Virus record (IMG/VR): IMGVR_UViG_3300035501_000173
From: a virus
Taxonomy: Duplodnaviria > Heunggongvirae > Uroviricota > Caudoviricetes
DNA: 64,000 bases
Reading direction: 5' to 3' (one strand)
Part shown: piece by piece, positions 12,823 to 24,129 of the stretch
Numbering within the stretch: position 1 is the first letter of the stretch
Layout: every line of letters begins with the position of its first letter
Notes under the pieces: model-generated
Seen by the model: only the letters and a program-made list of their open reading frames with translations
Database searches by the model: none
Told to the model about the DNA's origin: nothing
Translations under genes and position numbers: made by a program

Positions 12823-15800
12823 ATGGCTTGTAAATTTATATATAAAGGCAATAGAGTTTTTAATTCTGAAATTGCACTTGATGAGTTTCTTATTAATAGT
12901 AAGAAGTATTAGGAAGGTTCTGATATTGTATTTGAGTTAAGTACAATTTAGAAACAGCGGGGTGCTAGAATTAAACAACGTGGTAAGGCAGCTGATAAGT
13001 TAATTACTCATAATCCTGTAATATTTGATACAGATTTATTCGAGGATTATGAAATGAATGAGTTCGGTTCTGATAACTATGGCGTTACATTCGCTCTTAA
13101 ATAGTATGTAGATGCGGAAGGTCACCCACTTTTTCCTATATTTAATCTGGAAAACTACTGGCAACATAAAATGCCAGACTGGTAGAAACAAGAATATTGG
13201 ACTAAAGGTTATTAGGATGATACAGGTGAAGTACATAAATGTGATAAGTACGAGTATCAAGCTGTTTGGGGAGATAAAGATCCTAATGATATTACAGCAG
13301 CTCCTACTAATGACTAGTTGGAAGTTGGTAAAAAAGTAATGGAGAGAGTTTGGCCTATGCAAGGTTTTATGGGTACTGGTGTACATAGAATGATTGCAGC
13401 TTATTGGAAATGCTAGACAGCTCATAAAGGTAGGGCTAGTGCTACACAAGTTAAAGCAGAAATGACCAAAGCTCTAGATTTTCAATTAATAGGAAGTGGT
13501 AATAACAATCCTTTATTATCAGAATTTAAAGGCATTAAATACTCAGATTTTCTTTCTGATAAAGTAGATGATACTTACTCAAAATGTAGAGCTATTCACG
13601 ATGAACTTAATTCAAAGTTTTTAACAGATGAGTAGCGTAAATCTGGTATGGAATTGTATTTCTTACCTGAAACCGCCATTACTACAGAAGTTGATGACTT
13701 TGAACATCCCGATAAGAAGAGAAACTTATTGGGTAATGTAGACTTATTTGTAATTGATCCGTCTGGTAACATTCACATTATTGACTACAAAACTTCACCT
13801 AAAGAATATAATGAGTACAACTCAGCTAAAATTAGAACATTCTACTATTAGTTAGCTACCTATAGACGTTTGACAGAGCGTATGGGTTTTGCATTAGACC
13901 ATAATTCTAATGTGTATGTAATACCTATTAAGTTTGAAAACTTCTAGATTGATCCAGAACAAACTGATGTTACAAAGCTTTGTAAATTTGATAATCTTAA
14001 ATTACGTGAGGGAAGTTCTGGTATTTTAGAGCGTTTGGAAGTTAAGGCAAGTCTTAGTTCTACAGGTGTAAACTCCGATACTATTAATAGTAACTTGGAT
14101 AAAATCATTCCTATTAAGAATACTAAAATCATGGCTGATGGTGATATTCTGGATGATGTTAAAACTTAGATGAAAGCCTGGTTTCCAAGTTTCGGTAAGT
14201 ACAATGAAATTACTAAAGAGTATGTTGTCAAGATGCTTAAACGTAAAGGTCGTGATAAGATAAATCCGAACAGTTTGAAATATACTTATAAGGTTGGTAA
14301 GAAAACTGTAATTACTGATAGCTTTGAAGCTCTTGTAGATGGGGTATACTAGGAATATTAGAAGATGGAAGAACACGTTATGGATAGAACTTAGGGTGTT
14401 AAAACCATCTTACAAGAAGCTATAAATAATAAGGAAAATGTAGTCATTGATACAGGATATGCTCATAGCTCTCGTAAATTTGCAAGAGAAAGTTATCTAG
14501 AAAATTTGTTAAACCCTTATACTACTGGAGAATATGAAATCCTTGATGATTATAATGAAGCCACAGAACGTCTTGGAATAATATTACTTAAAAATATACA
14601 TACCAATAAAATTGATGTATTAGTAGTAGATACTAGTAAACATGCTTTTGATGATGAAATAGCACTAGGTGGTACTGAGAATAGTCCAGGACGTAATAAG
14701 ACTTTAACAGGAACTTTTATTTCTGATGTTACTGCAAGAAATAAACCTAATGAGCTAGTACTTGATAGTACTTATGGTAATATTAGAATGATGGAAGTTA
14801 TGTAGGCTTTAAATAATATGTCTGCTTTATTTAATAGTGATTCCGCAGGAATGGAATCTACATTAGGAGAGATTAAAATGTTTAATCAATTTCATAATGA
14901 TGGTTGGACAGCTTCTAATGAACAACTTCTTTACAACTTTAAAGAATTACATAAGGCTAATAAAACAGAAGACTAGATTCATTTAGGTAAGGATATAAAA
15001 ATGTGTAGTTAGCTCGATCTTATTAAGCATAGGTGTAATGAGATTATGGCAAATCCAGAACATGATAGAAAATGGAATGGTATTCAAACTGCTATAGATA
15101 ATACACAAAACTTTACAGTTAATCCTATTATACTTAAATCTCAGCTAATCGGATTAGCACATGACATTGAAGAGAAATTTAAGTTAAAGAATGATACTAA
15201 TGCTAGAAACTTGGAAGGTGATAAAGCAGAAGCATATAGTTTCTTAGCAAACTTATATTCTGCTATTGCAGAAATTGATGGTATTCATTTTAAATAGCAA
15301 ATTAAAGACCATTCTGCTTTCTTAAATTAGTCTGGTGTAAAAAGAATTTTCAAAGAGGGTTGGTCTGGAAATAGTCTTGATAATCCAGGAATGCTTGATT
15401 CTGACACCCTTAATAAGATGGGTCAACGTCTTAATGAAGCCTACTAGCTGACTCGTGACGAGATCCAAAATATTTCAAAGAAGATTTATACATTGAGTAA
15501 AAAATTGAAGGAGGAAAACAACTTCGGATATTTGAAATCTCGAACTATCGGAAATGAAGCATCTATTTACAAAAATTTATATGATGATACTTATGAAGAT
15601 GATTTAGTATTTAAAAACCCATTTGATTCTCACGGAGTAACATTGTCTGAAACTGAAAAGGAGTTTTTAAAGCAATCATTGCTTTTAATCAATCATAATC
15701 GTTATGGAGATGTAAATACTATGGATGACCTAGAATTAGCTATTATGCAGGATCCATATAAATATCTCCGAGTACCATTAACTGAGGGTACTAATGCTTC

Positions 15801-17790
15801 TAAAGTTGCATATAAAGGTATGTGGGAAACCATTAAGGAGAAGTTTAAAAACCTTATCCCTACAAAACTTAATATGCAAAGAATGTTTAAAGGTTTGCTG
15901 GTGGATGAAACTTTATTGGATAACGAGGATGTTCGTAATAAGTATCAAAATAAGGATGCGGAACTTTGGGAAATGAATACTGCATTTGATGCTGGTGAAA
16001 CTGAATAGGCTAGAAAATCCATGTTAGCTAATTATGGTAAGAATTATTTTGAGCATAATCTAGAATTACTTACCATGAAACATGCTTATGCTTATACATT
16101 AAAGAATAATATTAATAAAATATTTCCACTATTTAAAGCATGTGCTTTACAACTAGAAATGGGTGGTGCTATAATGAATACTCGTTTCGCAGAAGACATT
16201 TAGTACTTACATGACTTTATTACTAATAAAGTACTTAATATGTCTATCTAGGATCCTAAATGGAGAACTGCTTAGTACGTATGTGGTAACTTAATGTCTG
16301 GAGCTTCTAAACTAGCATTAGCTTTTAACCCAAAACAATTTTATCAAGCTATTGATGGTTTATGGAAAGATATTTCTTTAGTGATAAGACAAAATGAATA
16401 CGATCAAGCTTTCAGTCAGTAGAATATGAAAGATTCTTTCTGGTGGGTTTACAGAGATTTAACCCATAATTGGGGTGACGGTAAATCATTGGCTTAGGTT
16501 CTTAATGAATAGTATGGTATTAATGATATGGATATGAATTCCTACATTGATAAAACTAAACCTAATCAATTTGGTATCTTTAATTTGGATAATGTAATGT
16601 TCCATTTCGCGTCACGTCCAGACTTCTATAATAGAATGACTATTTTTGGAGCTCAGATGAGACATGATGGTTGCTTTGAAGCACACGACGAAGACGGTAC
16701 ATATCATTGGGAAAAAGACTTGCGCTATAATATCTATGCTAAATATTGTAAGGATGAAAGTGCTGTCCCAGCTTCTTTAAAAGCTGAATATAATAAGCAG
16801 AAAGCTCGTTATAAAGCTGCGGCTACACAATTTCAAGCAGAGGGTGCTAAATTTAAGAATTCTGATGGTGAAATGGAGGATTTTGTTGTAGACCTCTCTA
16901 ATCCAAAGCCATTACCTAGAGCGTACACAGTTAAAGAAGCTGAAAGTATTAAATCTTTAGCAGATTTAATTTATGGATATTATTCTCATGAAAAGAAATC
17001 TATGATTCAATCAACGACTGCTGGAGCTTTATTTATGCAAATGAATACATTCTGGTCTTCTAAGAAAAACTAGTGGTTTTTACCAGGAGGAGTACGTATG
17101 TAGGGTACATATGAACATTATTCTGAAACTTAGGAAGATGGAACTAAAAAGTATTATTACCAAGATGAGAATGGTAATATTACAGATTAGGAAACGGATA
17201 CACCATTCATGGTTTGGAAGGGTCGTTATTAGGAAGGAATCATGGTAACATTAGCTAATATTTTTAATGATACTTTCTATGGTGATGAAACTGGTAAGAA
17301 AGGCTTAGGTAATGCTATTGATAAGTATTGGAACGCAACTGATGAAAACCTTCGTAATGCTTATAGAAATAATTTAAAGTAGTTACTATATGATTTATTA
17401 ATGTTTCTATTCTTAGGAATGCTTATTGCACCTGCTTTAGAGAATGCTGCGAAAGCTCATGCTAAAGAAGTGGGTAATGGTGACTTAGGTGATGCTATGA
17501 TAAATAATGCTACGGTGAATTTAACTTCTATGTTATCTACATCTACAGATGATTTTAACGCACTTAAATCTATTTTTGGTAGAGGTGTACAATGGACACC
17601 ATTCTCTATATCTACACTTACAAACTCTTATTAGAGAGTAAGTTCAGCTGTATCAGGTAATAGTGATTGGTATGATGCTATTGTTAAAATGTCCGCAGCA
17701 GGAAGAACATAGGAGAATATGTTTGATTACATAAAAATAAATACACTCGGTCGAAAGATTGGAGACAATGGAGTAGTAAAAGAGGATTGA
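12823..17790 (+). CDS. Large protein of 1,655 aa translated through many in-frame TAG codons. It ends at TGA 17788-17790 and has a hydrophobic segment near its C-terminus (LLYDLLMFLFLGMLIAPAL). Function unknown; virion or cargo protein candidate.
   Basis: The ATG at 12823 follows TAA 12818-20. The frame is continuous through track ORFs 13648, 14170, 14506, 15046, 15493, 16021, 16528 and 17401, with only TAG interruptions. The first TGA is at 17788. Confidence 0.65.
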
Positions 17791-17840
17791 AAAAAAAATG
17801 GGCGACAACTTAGGAAAAATCCTAAGCTGCCGCCCATTTT
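17790..17840. terminator. Bidirectional rho-independent terminator between the convergent blocks.
   Basis: The sequence is an A-run, then atgggcgacaacttagg (17799-17815), loop aaaaat, cctaagctgccgcccat (17821-17837), then tttt. The stem is 17 bp with 2 mismatches and has A/T runs on both sides. Confidence 0.8.
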
Positions 17841-17851
17841 AATATTTAAAA

Positions 17852-18469
17852 TTACGTTAACAAGTCAAAGTTGTTAATCAAGTCATTTCTTAATAGAAAT
17901 TTATCTAATTTAGAAATGCTTGCATTTAATTCTGTTGCTTTTACAGAAAGATCCTCTAAAGAACCATCATTTTTTACAATAAATGAAAAACCTTTATAAT
18001 CATCTAATTCAGTTTCACTTGTATGTTTTTGCTCACTCTCGGAACCGTCTGAAAAATCGCGATTAACCCGGATTACAAGCCCACCAGCCGATTCAATTCC
18101 TTCGACCTCACTCTTGTACCTTACGTCAGAAATAAAGGCTATATCAGGCTGCTGTGAAGCAATTTCTCCAAACAGCCTTTTAACCCAAAAATTAGTTCCA
18201 AAAGTTTCTCTAAATGCTGTTCCAACCTTTTGTAACAACACTCGATTAGTAGCGTCCCAAAAAAGATTAAAAGACTTTTTAAATTCTCTACTATCGAATA
18301 AACTAGGCTCCACTCCAAAAGCTTCGCCCGCAATGTTCTTTAAGACTCTAGCAAAACTATACTTCTTACATATTATTTCAGGGTGAGTCACTGAAAAGGT
18401 TCCTATTAACATATCAGCAAGAGTATCCTTACCTGCATTCATTTTTCCAGAAATACCTATAATCAACAT
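17852..18469 (-). CDS. Deoxynucleoside monophosphate kinase (T4 gp1-like P-loop kinase).
   Basis: Walker A motif GISGKMNAGKDTLAD. The NFWVKRLF, SDVRYKSE and VKNDGSLEDL segments mirror recalled T4 gp1 regions. Confidence 0.65.
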   Translation of the reverse strand: MLIIGISGKMNAGKDTLADMLIGTFSVTHPEIICKKYSFARVLKNIAGEAFGVEPSLFDSREFKKSFNLFWDATNRVLLQKVGTAFRETFGTNFWVKRLFGEIASQQPDIAFISDVRYKSEVEGIESAGGLVIRVNRDFSDGSESEQKHTSETELDDYKGFSFIVKNDGSLEDLSVKATELNASISKLDKFLLRNDLINNFDLLT

Positions 18470-18708
18470 TTAATTTCCATTTTCTGTTGTAAAGCTATAT
18501 TATCTCCGATACTTTGAGGTTTTATATCTTTAAATGATTGAGGATTGAGATTCCAATCTGGCGTTTCTGTAGGTAAAGAATAACCAGCATCCTGAATATC
18601 TATAATCAAGTCAACTGCTTCTAAAGCAGCCTCTTTATTTCCTTCAAAGAGGATAGTACTAAGCAATTCCCTAACCTTAGCAATTACTTCTTTTTTAGTA
18701 AATAACAT
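18463..18708 (-). CDS. Hypothetical protein.
   Basis: ORF of 81 aa, tightly packed in the minus-strand operon. Confidence 0.45.
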   Translation of the reverse strand: MLFTKKEVIAKVRELLSTILFEGNKEAALEAVDLIIDIQDAGYSLPTETPDWNLNPQSFKDIKPQSIGDNIALQQKMEIKC

Positions 18709-18710
18709 AA

Positions 18711-18893
18711 TTAAAATGAGTCTATATCAGTTATATCATAATCTTTATCTTCATCCACAGAAGCTGTAGTAACAGCTCCTACCCCAGGTAGCAATTTATC
18801 GGATACAGTAATACCTTTATCAGGAAACTGCCTATGAAGCTTAATAATTGCATCCAATTGTGCTACCGTTAAATAAATTTTACTTTCCATCAA
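18711..18893 (-). CDS. Hypothetical protein.
   Basis: ORF of 60 aa in the operon. Confidence 0.4.
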   Translation of the reverse strand: MMESKIYLTVAQLDAIIKLHRQFPDKGITVSDKLLPGVGAVTTASVDEDKDYDITDIDSF

Positions 18894-19284
18894 TTAATTC
18901 ACCTAGTTTTTTACATACATAATTAAGCATAGTTTCATCAGTAAGTCTGTTGATAGCACTGTCATTATCAACAACTTCTTGGAGGATGTCTTCAATACCT
19001 TTAATTATTTCTTTTAAGTTTGGTTCATCTACAAAAGATTCTTTATAATTAACCTTTTGACTAAAATCCCCAATTATTCTTTTTAAGTCAGATATACCAT
19101 CAATCGACCAGTGACCTCCTTCTGGCAAACTTATTCTTATAAAAGGAGATACTCCGTTATTTTCAGTTTCTAATTGAATGGTTTGCCAATTATCATCATC
19201 CTCACAGCAATCCCCCGGTTGGGTATATTGAGCTATTACTTTTTCAACCTCTACACCTTCATACTTATTCTGAAAATCAATCAT
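18880..19284 (-). CDS. Hypothetical acidic protein.
   Basis: ORF of 134 aa. Confidence 0.5.
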   Translation of the reverse strand: MIDFQNKYEGVEVEKVIAQYTQPGDCCEDDDNWQTIQLETENNGVSPFIRISLPEGGHWSIDGISDLKRIIGDFSQKVNYKESFVDEPNLKEIIKGIEDILQEVVDNDSAINRLTDETMLNYVCKKLGELIDGK

Positions 19285-19520
19285 ATTCTTAAATTATTTT
19301 ATGTTTTTGTAACCATGAAACTCTTGCAAAGTAAGCTTTGTTACCATACTCACTTTGTAATATTGAACTATCTATAAAGAAACAATTCTCCAAGAAACCT
19401 TCTTTAGTCATTAATATTCCTTTTGGGTCATTAACAGGAACAAATAGATCGCAATTATTCAAATTCATTTTTCGTCTTATTAGATTATTGTAGTAGTATA
19501 AAGAATATTTATCTAAAACC

Positions 19521-20171
19521 TCAACATTCGTGCCAAGCTCTTAAGAAATCTTCTCTAGATATTCTTTCCACGTGTCCTAGATAATCCCGTACACTACATA
19601 TATTATTTATAGTGAGTTGTTCAAATTCGGGAGTAATAACTTTCACCAATCGTTCGTATTCTTTGCAATCGTAATCAAACTTTTGAATATAAAGTCTATA
19701 CTTTTCAAACTTTGGTAAATAGGGTAAAGTGATTGGAAAGTTTTCATCTAACCAATCCAAGAAAATTAAGTTTACAGATTCTTCTGTTTCAGATACTGTA
19801 TTTATACCAATAGCTCTTTTAAAATCTTTATATACCGTAGTACCATCCTCGCAGTTACATTTAATTATGGGATAATCTCTATTGCAGGGAGTTTCAAATA
19901 TTACACCATCTATATTGGATTTGACTTTAAGATCATCATAAAAGTCTTCTGCTGTAATAGGACTTAATGGTAAATGCAGTAAGAGTCGCCGGAATATATT
20001 AGCCATTCTAACTTTTGTAAAACTAGAAGGGCCGATTATAAAGTTATCGGTTAGTTCTTCATACGCGTTTAAAACCATTTTATAAATATCTTCTGCATGT
20101 ACATCAGCTGTTTTATTATATGTAATAGCTTTAATTACCTCTAATTCTGCCCATTGCTTATTAGTATCCAT
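19521..20171 (-). CDS. Hypothetical protein.
   Basis: ORF of 216 aa. Confidence 0.55.
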   Translation of the reverse strand: MDTNKQWAELEVIKAITYNKTADVHAEDIYKMVLNAYEELTDNFIIGPSSFTKVRMANIFRRLLLHLPLSPITAEDFYDDLKVKSNIDGVIFETPCNRDYPIIKCNCEDGTTVYKDFKRAIGINTVSETEESVNLIFLDWLDENFPITLPYLPKFEKYRLYIQKFDYDCKEYERLVKVITPEFEQLTINNICSVRDYLGHVERISREDFLRAWHEC

Positions 20172-20733
20172 TTTCAGTCTCTATATTTTTTACATTATTA
20201 AATATAATATCTTCTCTAGTCCAGTATTTAGGAATTTTTTGAAGTCTTTCTACATTATACCATAAATAGAGTACTTGACCCTCTCCAATTTCATTCCAAG
20301 CGGTTTCAATTTGTACCGAGTTAGATTCAGAATCTACTTTAGTAACTTTACCTATGTAATCAAACGTATCACTACTATGTATAGGTTTTACAATTACAGT
20401 ATCATCAACCCTAATTTTAGTACGATCTAGAATTTCATTTTCTAAATGTAATTCAAAATCTTTATACCATTCATGTAAAATAGCTTCATAAGGAGAGTCT
20501 TTGTAACCAATTTTTTCTATAAATGATAAGACACTACGTTTGAATCCAGAACTCTCCTCAACATAAAATATAGTAGGGTTATTAATAAGTACGGATAAAA
20601 TATTCCTACTAAAAAATAAACCATTCTTTATGTAGAAGAAAAGTGAGTTTCCCCAGCGTTCAAAATCTATTTCGTAATTATGATTATTAATTGTATATTT
20701 CATACTATGCACATTAAAATTATTAAAGTCCAA
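20161..20733 (-). CDS. Hypothetical protein.
   Basis: ORF of 190 aa with an 11-nt overlap on its neighbour. Confidence 0.55.
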   Translation of the reverse strand: MDFNNFNVHSMKYTINNHNYEIDFERWGNSLFFYIKNGLFFSRNILSVLINNPTIFYVEESSGFKRSVLSFIEKIGYKDSPYEAILHEWYKDFELHLENEILDRTKIRVDDTVIVKPIHSSDTFDYIGKVTKVDSESNSVQIETAWNEIGEGQVLYLWYNVERLQKIPKYWTREDIIFNNVKNIETENGY

Positions 20734-20854
20734 AATAAAACTAATATTGTAGCTAAAGTTACTGTAGACTGGAGATATTCTCCTTTATATATACTATACA
20801 GAAGATCTCCAGTCATAAGTAAAGCCACAACTATATATCCAGATAAAAGTCCTA

Positions 20855-21019
20855 TCATACTAAGAATTTAGCTAGAATACATTCCAAGCATCCCCAGAAT
20901 ACAACTCCCCAATTTATAAATAAGAATAATACTAAAATTGCACTATCTCTAATAGATAATATTAGCATTGCTGCAGTGCCTAATAGTATTGACATTATTA
21001 TAAGTGCTACAAATACCAT
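20855..21019 (-). CDS. Small hydrophobic membrane protein (~54 aa), below the ORF-track cutoff.
   Basis: Manual translation gives MVFVALIIMSILLGTAAMLILSIRDSAILVLFLFINWGVVFWGCLECILAKFLV with a TGA stop. Confidence 0.3.
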   Translation of the reverse strand: MVFVALIIMSILLGTAAMLILSIRDSAILVLFLFINWGVVFWGCLECILAKFLV

Positions 21020-21025
21020 AGTCTT

Positions 21026-21691
21026 TTATTTTATTGGAGATGCAGTTCTGTTACCTACACAATCATCACAGTATGGGGAGATCCAACCTTTAGTTATCCA
21101 TTTAGCAGGTTTACCACACAAAACACAAGTTCTAGAAGATATATCTTCATATTTCTCTACAACTTCATCAGTACCTTTGGTACCATTCACATCATACCAT
21201 CTAAGATAACCAAACTTCTCTTTAATTTGCGATATTCTGTATTTAAATAATCCAGAATACCCTGCATCTTTAATTAAGGCTTCTTTAATTTCTTTACAGA
21301 TTTCCAAACCAAAGGCTTTTCTCCATCCTGTGTCGAGTGCGTCCAGTTCAGTGTAAGAAGGTAAGCAGTGGAAGGTTTGTAGTGGATAATCATGGATCCA
21401 TTCTAATACTTTTGCATAATAATATTTGGGTTTATTCGTAACCAATTTTCTGAAAGGATCTGTTGCGTTTCCAAATTCACCAACCCATTTTGTAGAATCC
21501 TTATATAATCTTTTGATGTATTGTTGCATCTTATAAGAATACCAATGAGTTCCAGTAAAACGATTCCTAGGGTAAAGGAAAGGAAACCGAATACACAATA
21601 TAATATTGTCAACATAAGTCTTAAATTTAGTTTTCATCTTAGATAATGTATTAAAAATAATAGTATTGCTTCTAGCATAGCTAAAACACAT
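21026..21691 (-). CDS. Hypothetical protein with a C-terminal Cys cluster (CVLCGK…CDDC).
   Basis: ORF of 221 aa. Confidence 0.55.
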   Translation of the reverse strand: MCFSYARSNTIIFNTLSKMKTKFKTYVDNIILCIRFPFLYPRNRFTGTHWYSYKMQQYIKRLYKDSTKWVGEFGNATDPFRKLVTNKPKYYYAKVLEWIHDYPLQTFHCLPSYTELDALDTGWRKAFGLEICKEIKEALIKDAGYSGLFKYRISQIKEKFGYLRWYDVNGTKGTDEVVEKYEDISSRTCVLCGKPAKWITKGWISPYCDDCVGNRTASPIK

Positions 21692-21900
21692 AAATTTTGA
21701 TGTTTCTTACAAAAACCTAATGCTTTACCTTGTATTAGCAATACAATAACTATAAGTAAATTAATTACTAAATCAATAATATTTAAAAATATAGTATCAA
21801 ACAGTAAAACCTTACTACCGTAAGTTATGACCATTGTTATAGGCCCAAACTTTACGGATAGTAAGGTTAATTTTTTAGTCAGAATCGTTGGGATCTTCAC
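21634..21900 (-). CDS. Small membrane protein; the true start may be internal.
   Basis: ORF of 88 aa with hydrophobic segments. It overlaps its neighbours. Confidence 0.3.
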   Translation of the reverse strand: MKIPTILTKKLTLLSVKFGPITMVITYGSKVLLFDTIFLNIIDLVINLLIVIVLLIQGKALGFCKKHQNLCVLAMLEAILLFLIHYLR

Positions 21901-22028
21901 GGTTATTAAAAACTATTTTATCCATAAATTCTTTTTGTTGTTTGATGGTTTCTTTTAAATCTTTTATTGTAGTATCTTGTTTAACCATAGGATTTATTAA
22001 TTGTTCCAAATGGTAAATAATTTCCGGA

Positions 22029-22961
22029 TTAGTTTGAGCTATTATTCCCAGTTTCTGGAACAAACTGTTGAGCGGTAGCGTATCCATATTTAATAAGATA
22101 ATCCTTAATTTGTTTTGCAAGAATCTGAGCTTCTGGATGTGGTTTATTACCTTTACTAGGATATGCTCTAAGATTACAGAAGTGAATCCAGTCAGATATA
22201 AAAGCTGTATGATACAATTCAGTTTTAGTATCTAATGGAAGTATTTCTCTAGCCTCTTCTGGTTTAGCTCCTAGTTCAATTAAATGTTCGTAAGCTAAAT
22301 TAGCAGCACAATTAGCAAAGTAAAACCAATCCACTTTAGATAATTTACGACTACCAGTAAGAAGTATATCAAAATACTCAAGTAGATTACACTCTTGCTC
22401 TGTAACCCATAAAGGTTTGTAGATATTTAGAGCACTCTCAGATCCAGATTTAGCATAATTACAGAATCTGGTAGACTCTTCCATAATTGAATTCTTTCTA
22501 TGTCTATTATATTCTCTAGAAATACTTATAGAAGTAGTAAAATGAAATGTAAGTCTTTTTTCAAAGTCTTCTGTAGGCTGTTCTACTAAATATTTAGACC
22601 ACTCAGACCAAGGAATTCTATTCTCTTGCAATACTCTTAGATTAGTTGTAACTAACTTATACATACGATATGTACCCTGTTCATACCAATCTACAACCTT
22701 TGTATATGGATTACCAAGAATATCTATAATAGATCCAGTTAAGGACTGCAATGGTATCTTTAAATATACAGTTCCATGTTCTAACGGCGAATAATGTCCA
22801 GAATTTATAAGATGTTCTACAAAGGGTTTAGCTGATGTTTCAGTAATTTTATCACCACTATTCCAACAACACCTTCCTACACGTTCAATCTGTTTATAAA
22901 TACCATTCTCTCCTAAATCCTGATAAACTACTTCTAATTTTGGTTCAATTAATTTAATCAT
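22029..22961 (-). CDS. thyX: Flavin-dependent thymidylate synthase ThyX.
   Basis: The ThyX signature RHRxxSxxxxSxR is present exactly as NRHRKNSIMEESTR. The HYSPLEHG-type N-terminal region is also present. Confidence 0.75.
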   Translation of the reverse strand: MIKLIEPKLEVVYQDLGENGIYKQIERVGRCCWNSGDKITETSAKPFVEHLINSGHYSPLEHGTVYLKIPLQSLTGSIIDILGNPYTKVVDWYEQGTYRMYKLVTTNLRVLQENRIPWSEWSKYLVEQPTEDFEKRLTFHFTTSISISREYNRHRKNSIMEESTRFCNYAKSGSESALNIYKPLWVTEQECNLLEYFDILLTGSRKLSKVDWFYFANCAANLAYEHLIELGAKPEEAREILPLDTKTELYHTAFISDWIHFCNLRAYPSKGNKPHPEAQILAKQIKDYLIKYGYATAQQFVPETGNNSSN

Positions 22962-22965
22962 ACGT

Positions 22966-23184
22966 CTAATAAGTATATTTAGTTTTTGCTAAAATCCAAC
23001 CCTCAGCATCAGGAAGATCTGATTGCCTTAGAATTTCATCTACAGTAAAATTATTTGCTTTAATAGAATCTTTTACAGTGGATTCTGTCCAATCCACCGT
23101 AAAAGTTTTCCGTAAAGTCATTTCTATAGTTACCTCTATTGGATTTTTCATAGTAATTATAAACTTAGAAATGTTAAAACACAA
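22966..23184 (-). CDS. Hypothetical protein.
   Basis: ORF of 72 aa. Confidence 0.4.
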   Translation of the reverse strand: MCFNISKFIITMKNPIEVTIEMTLRKTFTVDWTESTVKDSIKANNFTVDEILRQSDLPDAEGWILAKTKYTY

Positions 23185-23195
23185 GTTAATAAATA

Positions 23196-23498
23196 TTAAT
23201 CTGAAACACTTTCTTGTAGAAGTTCTGCCACTACATCAATATTGTTCATGATTTGCCAAAATATATCAACTTTTTCAGATTCAGTTTGTGAAGGCCAATC
23301 AGATAATACTATTTCGTATTCACAACGTGACCACCATTGATAACGAGCATGTCTTTCCACAAAAAGTTTAAAATCATCAAGAGTTCTTGGCTTATCACCC
23401 TCTTCTTTATAACATTTTACTAAATAAGGTATTACGTTATAAGTTTCAAACTTCTTATGATTTATATTATAAATAATTGTATTAAATGTTCTTTTCAT
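23196..23498 (-). CDS. Hypothetical protein.
   Basis: ORF of 100 aa. Confidence 0.45.
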   Translation of the reverse strand: MKRTFNTIIYNINHKKFETYNVIPYLVKCYKEEGDKPRTLDDFKLFVERHARYQWWSRCEYEIVLSDWPSQTESEKVDIFWQIMNNIDVVAELLQESVSD

Positions 23499-23499
23499 A

Positions 23500-23961
23500 T
23501 TATTCCGAATAATTTTCTAAATTACAACAAACATCATCAACAGTCCAACCAGAACAATCTTTTAACATAAGTTCTTTTTGAGAATCTGTAAGATACTTTT
23601 TCTCCTTTAAGTCTTTAGCTAATTCATGTGGTAATTCTATCTGCTCTTGCACTAGCTCTTGCAGGTCACAATCATCGAAGTTATAACTCTTATAACAAGT
23701 ACCATCTTCGTAGTCTTCCTCTACATCAACTGCATAATCTGTAGTATATACCTTAACAGTTTTACTAATAGTTAAAGACACTGTGACCTCAAGTTCTATT
23801 TCAGGTTGCTCATGCCAATTATAAGGAGCATCAGGGTCATTCCACGCCCCTGCAGGATAATAATCAGATTCTTTCATATTAAATTTAGAAGTTTTAGTAA
23901 CTGGTGTAATGTTATAAGTATTAACACAAATATTAAGTAATCTCCAGAATGTTTTTTCCAT
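23500..23961 (-). CDS. Hypothetical acidic protein.
   Basis: ORF of 153 aa. Confidence 0.5.
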   Translation of the reverse strand: MEKTFWRLLNICVNTYNITPVTKTSKFNMKESDYYPAGAWNDPDAPYNWHEQPEIELEVTVSLTISKTVKVYTTDYAVDVEEDYEDGTCYKSYNFDDCDLQELVQEQIELPHELAKDLKEKKYLTDSQKELMLKDCSGWTVDDVCCNLENYSE

Positions 23962-24129
23962 CTATCTTCATCGTAGAGACTAAAATATATAGCACTACAA
24001 CATATTATAATATATGTAATTAACGTTATCATAATTTTATTTTATAATATGCCCACACTAACAAAGCAATTGGTGTTGTAAATACCCCTAATAAAAATCC
24101 TACTATAAATCCTACCATATTTAAAGTAA

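Noticed and set aside
13036-13449. Minus-strand ORFs inside the plus-strand block (3772-3984, 10001-10195, 13036-13449, 14026-14376) and plus-strand ORFs inside minus-strand genes (such as 18114-18386, 24674-24910, 45660-46079, 56948-57346).
   Set aside because: These are antisense shadow ORFs within confidently coding regions. Their translations are hydrophobic and low in complexity.
853-17634. About 30 separate short plus-strand ORFs of 60-230 aa listed in the six-frame track.
   Set aside because: They share one reading frame and are separated only by TAG. There is no TAA or TGA for kilobases and no start or ribosome-binding context after the TAGs. They were merged into three long recoded genes.
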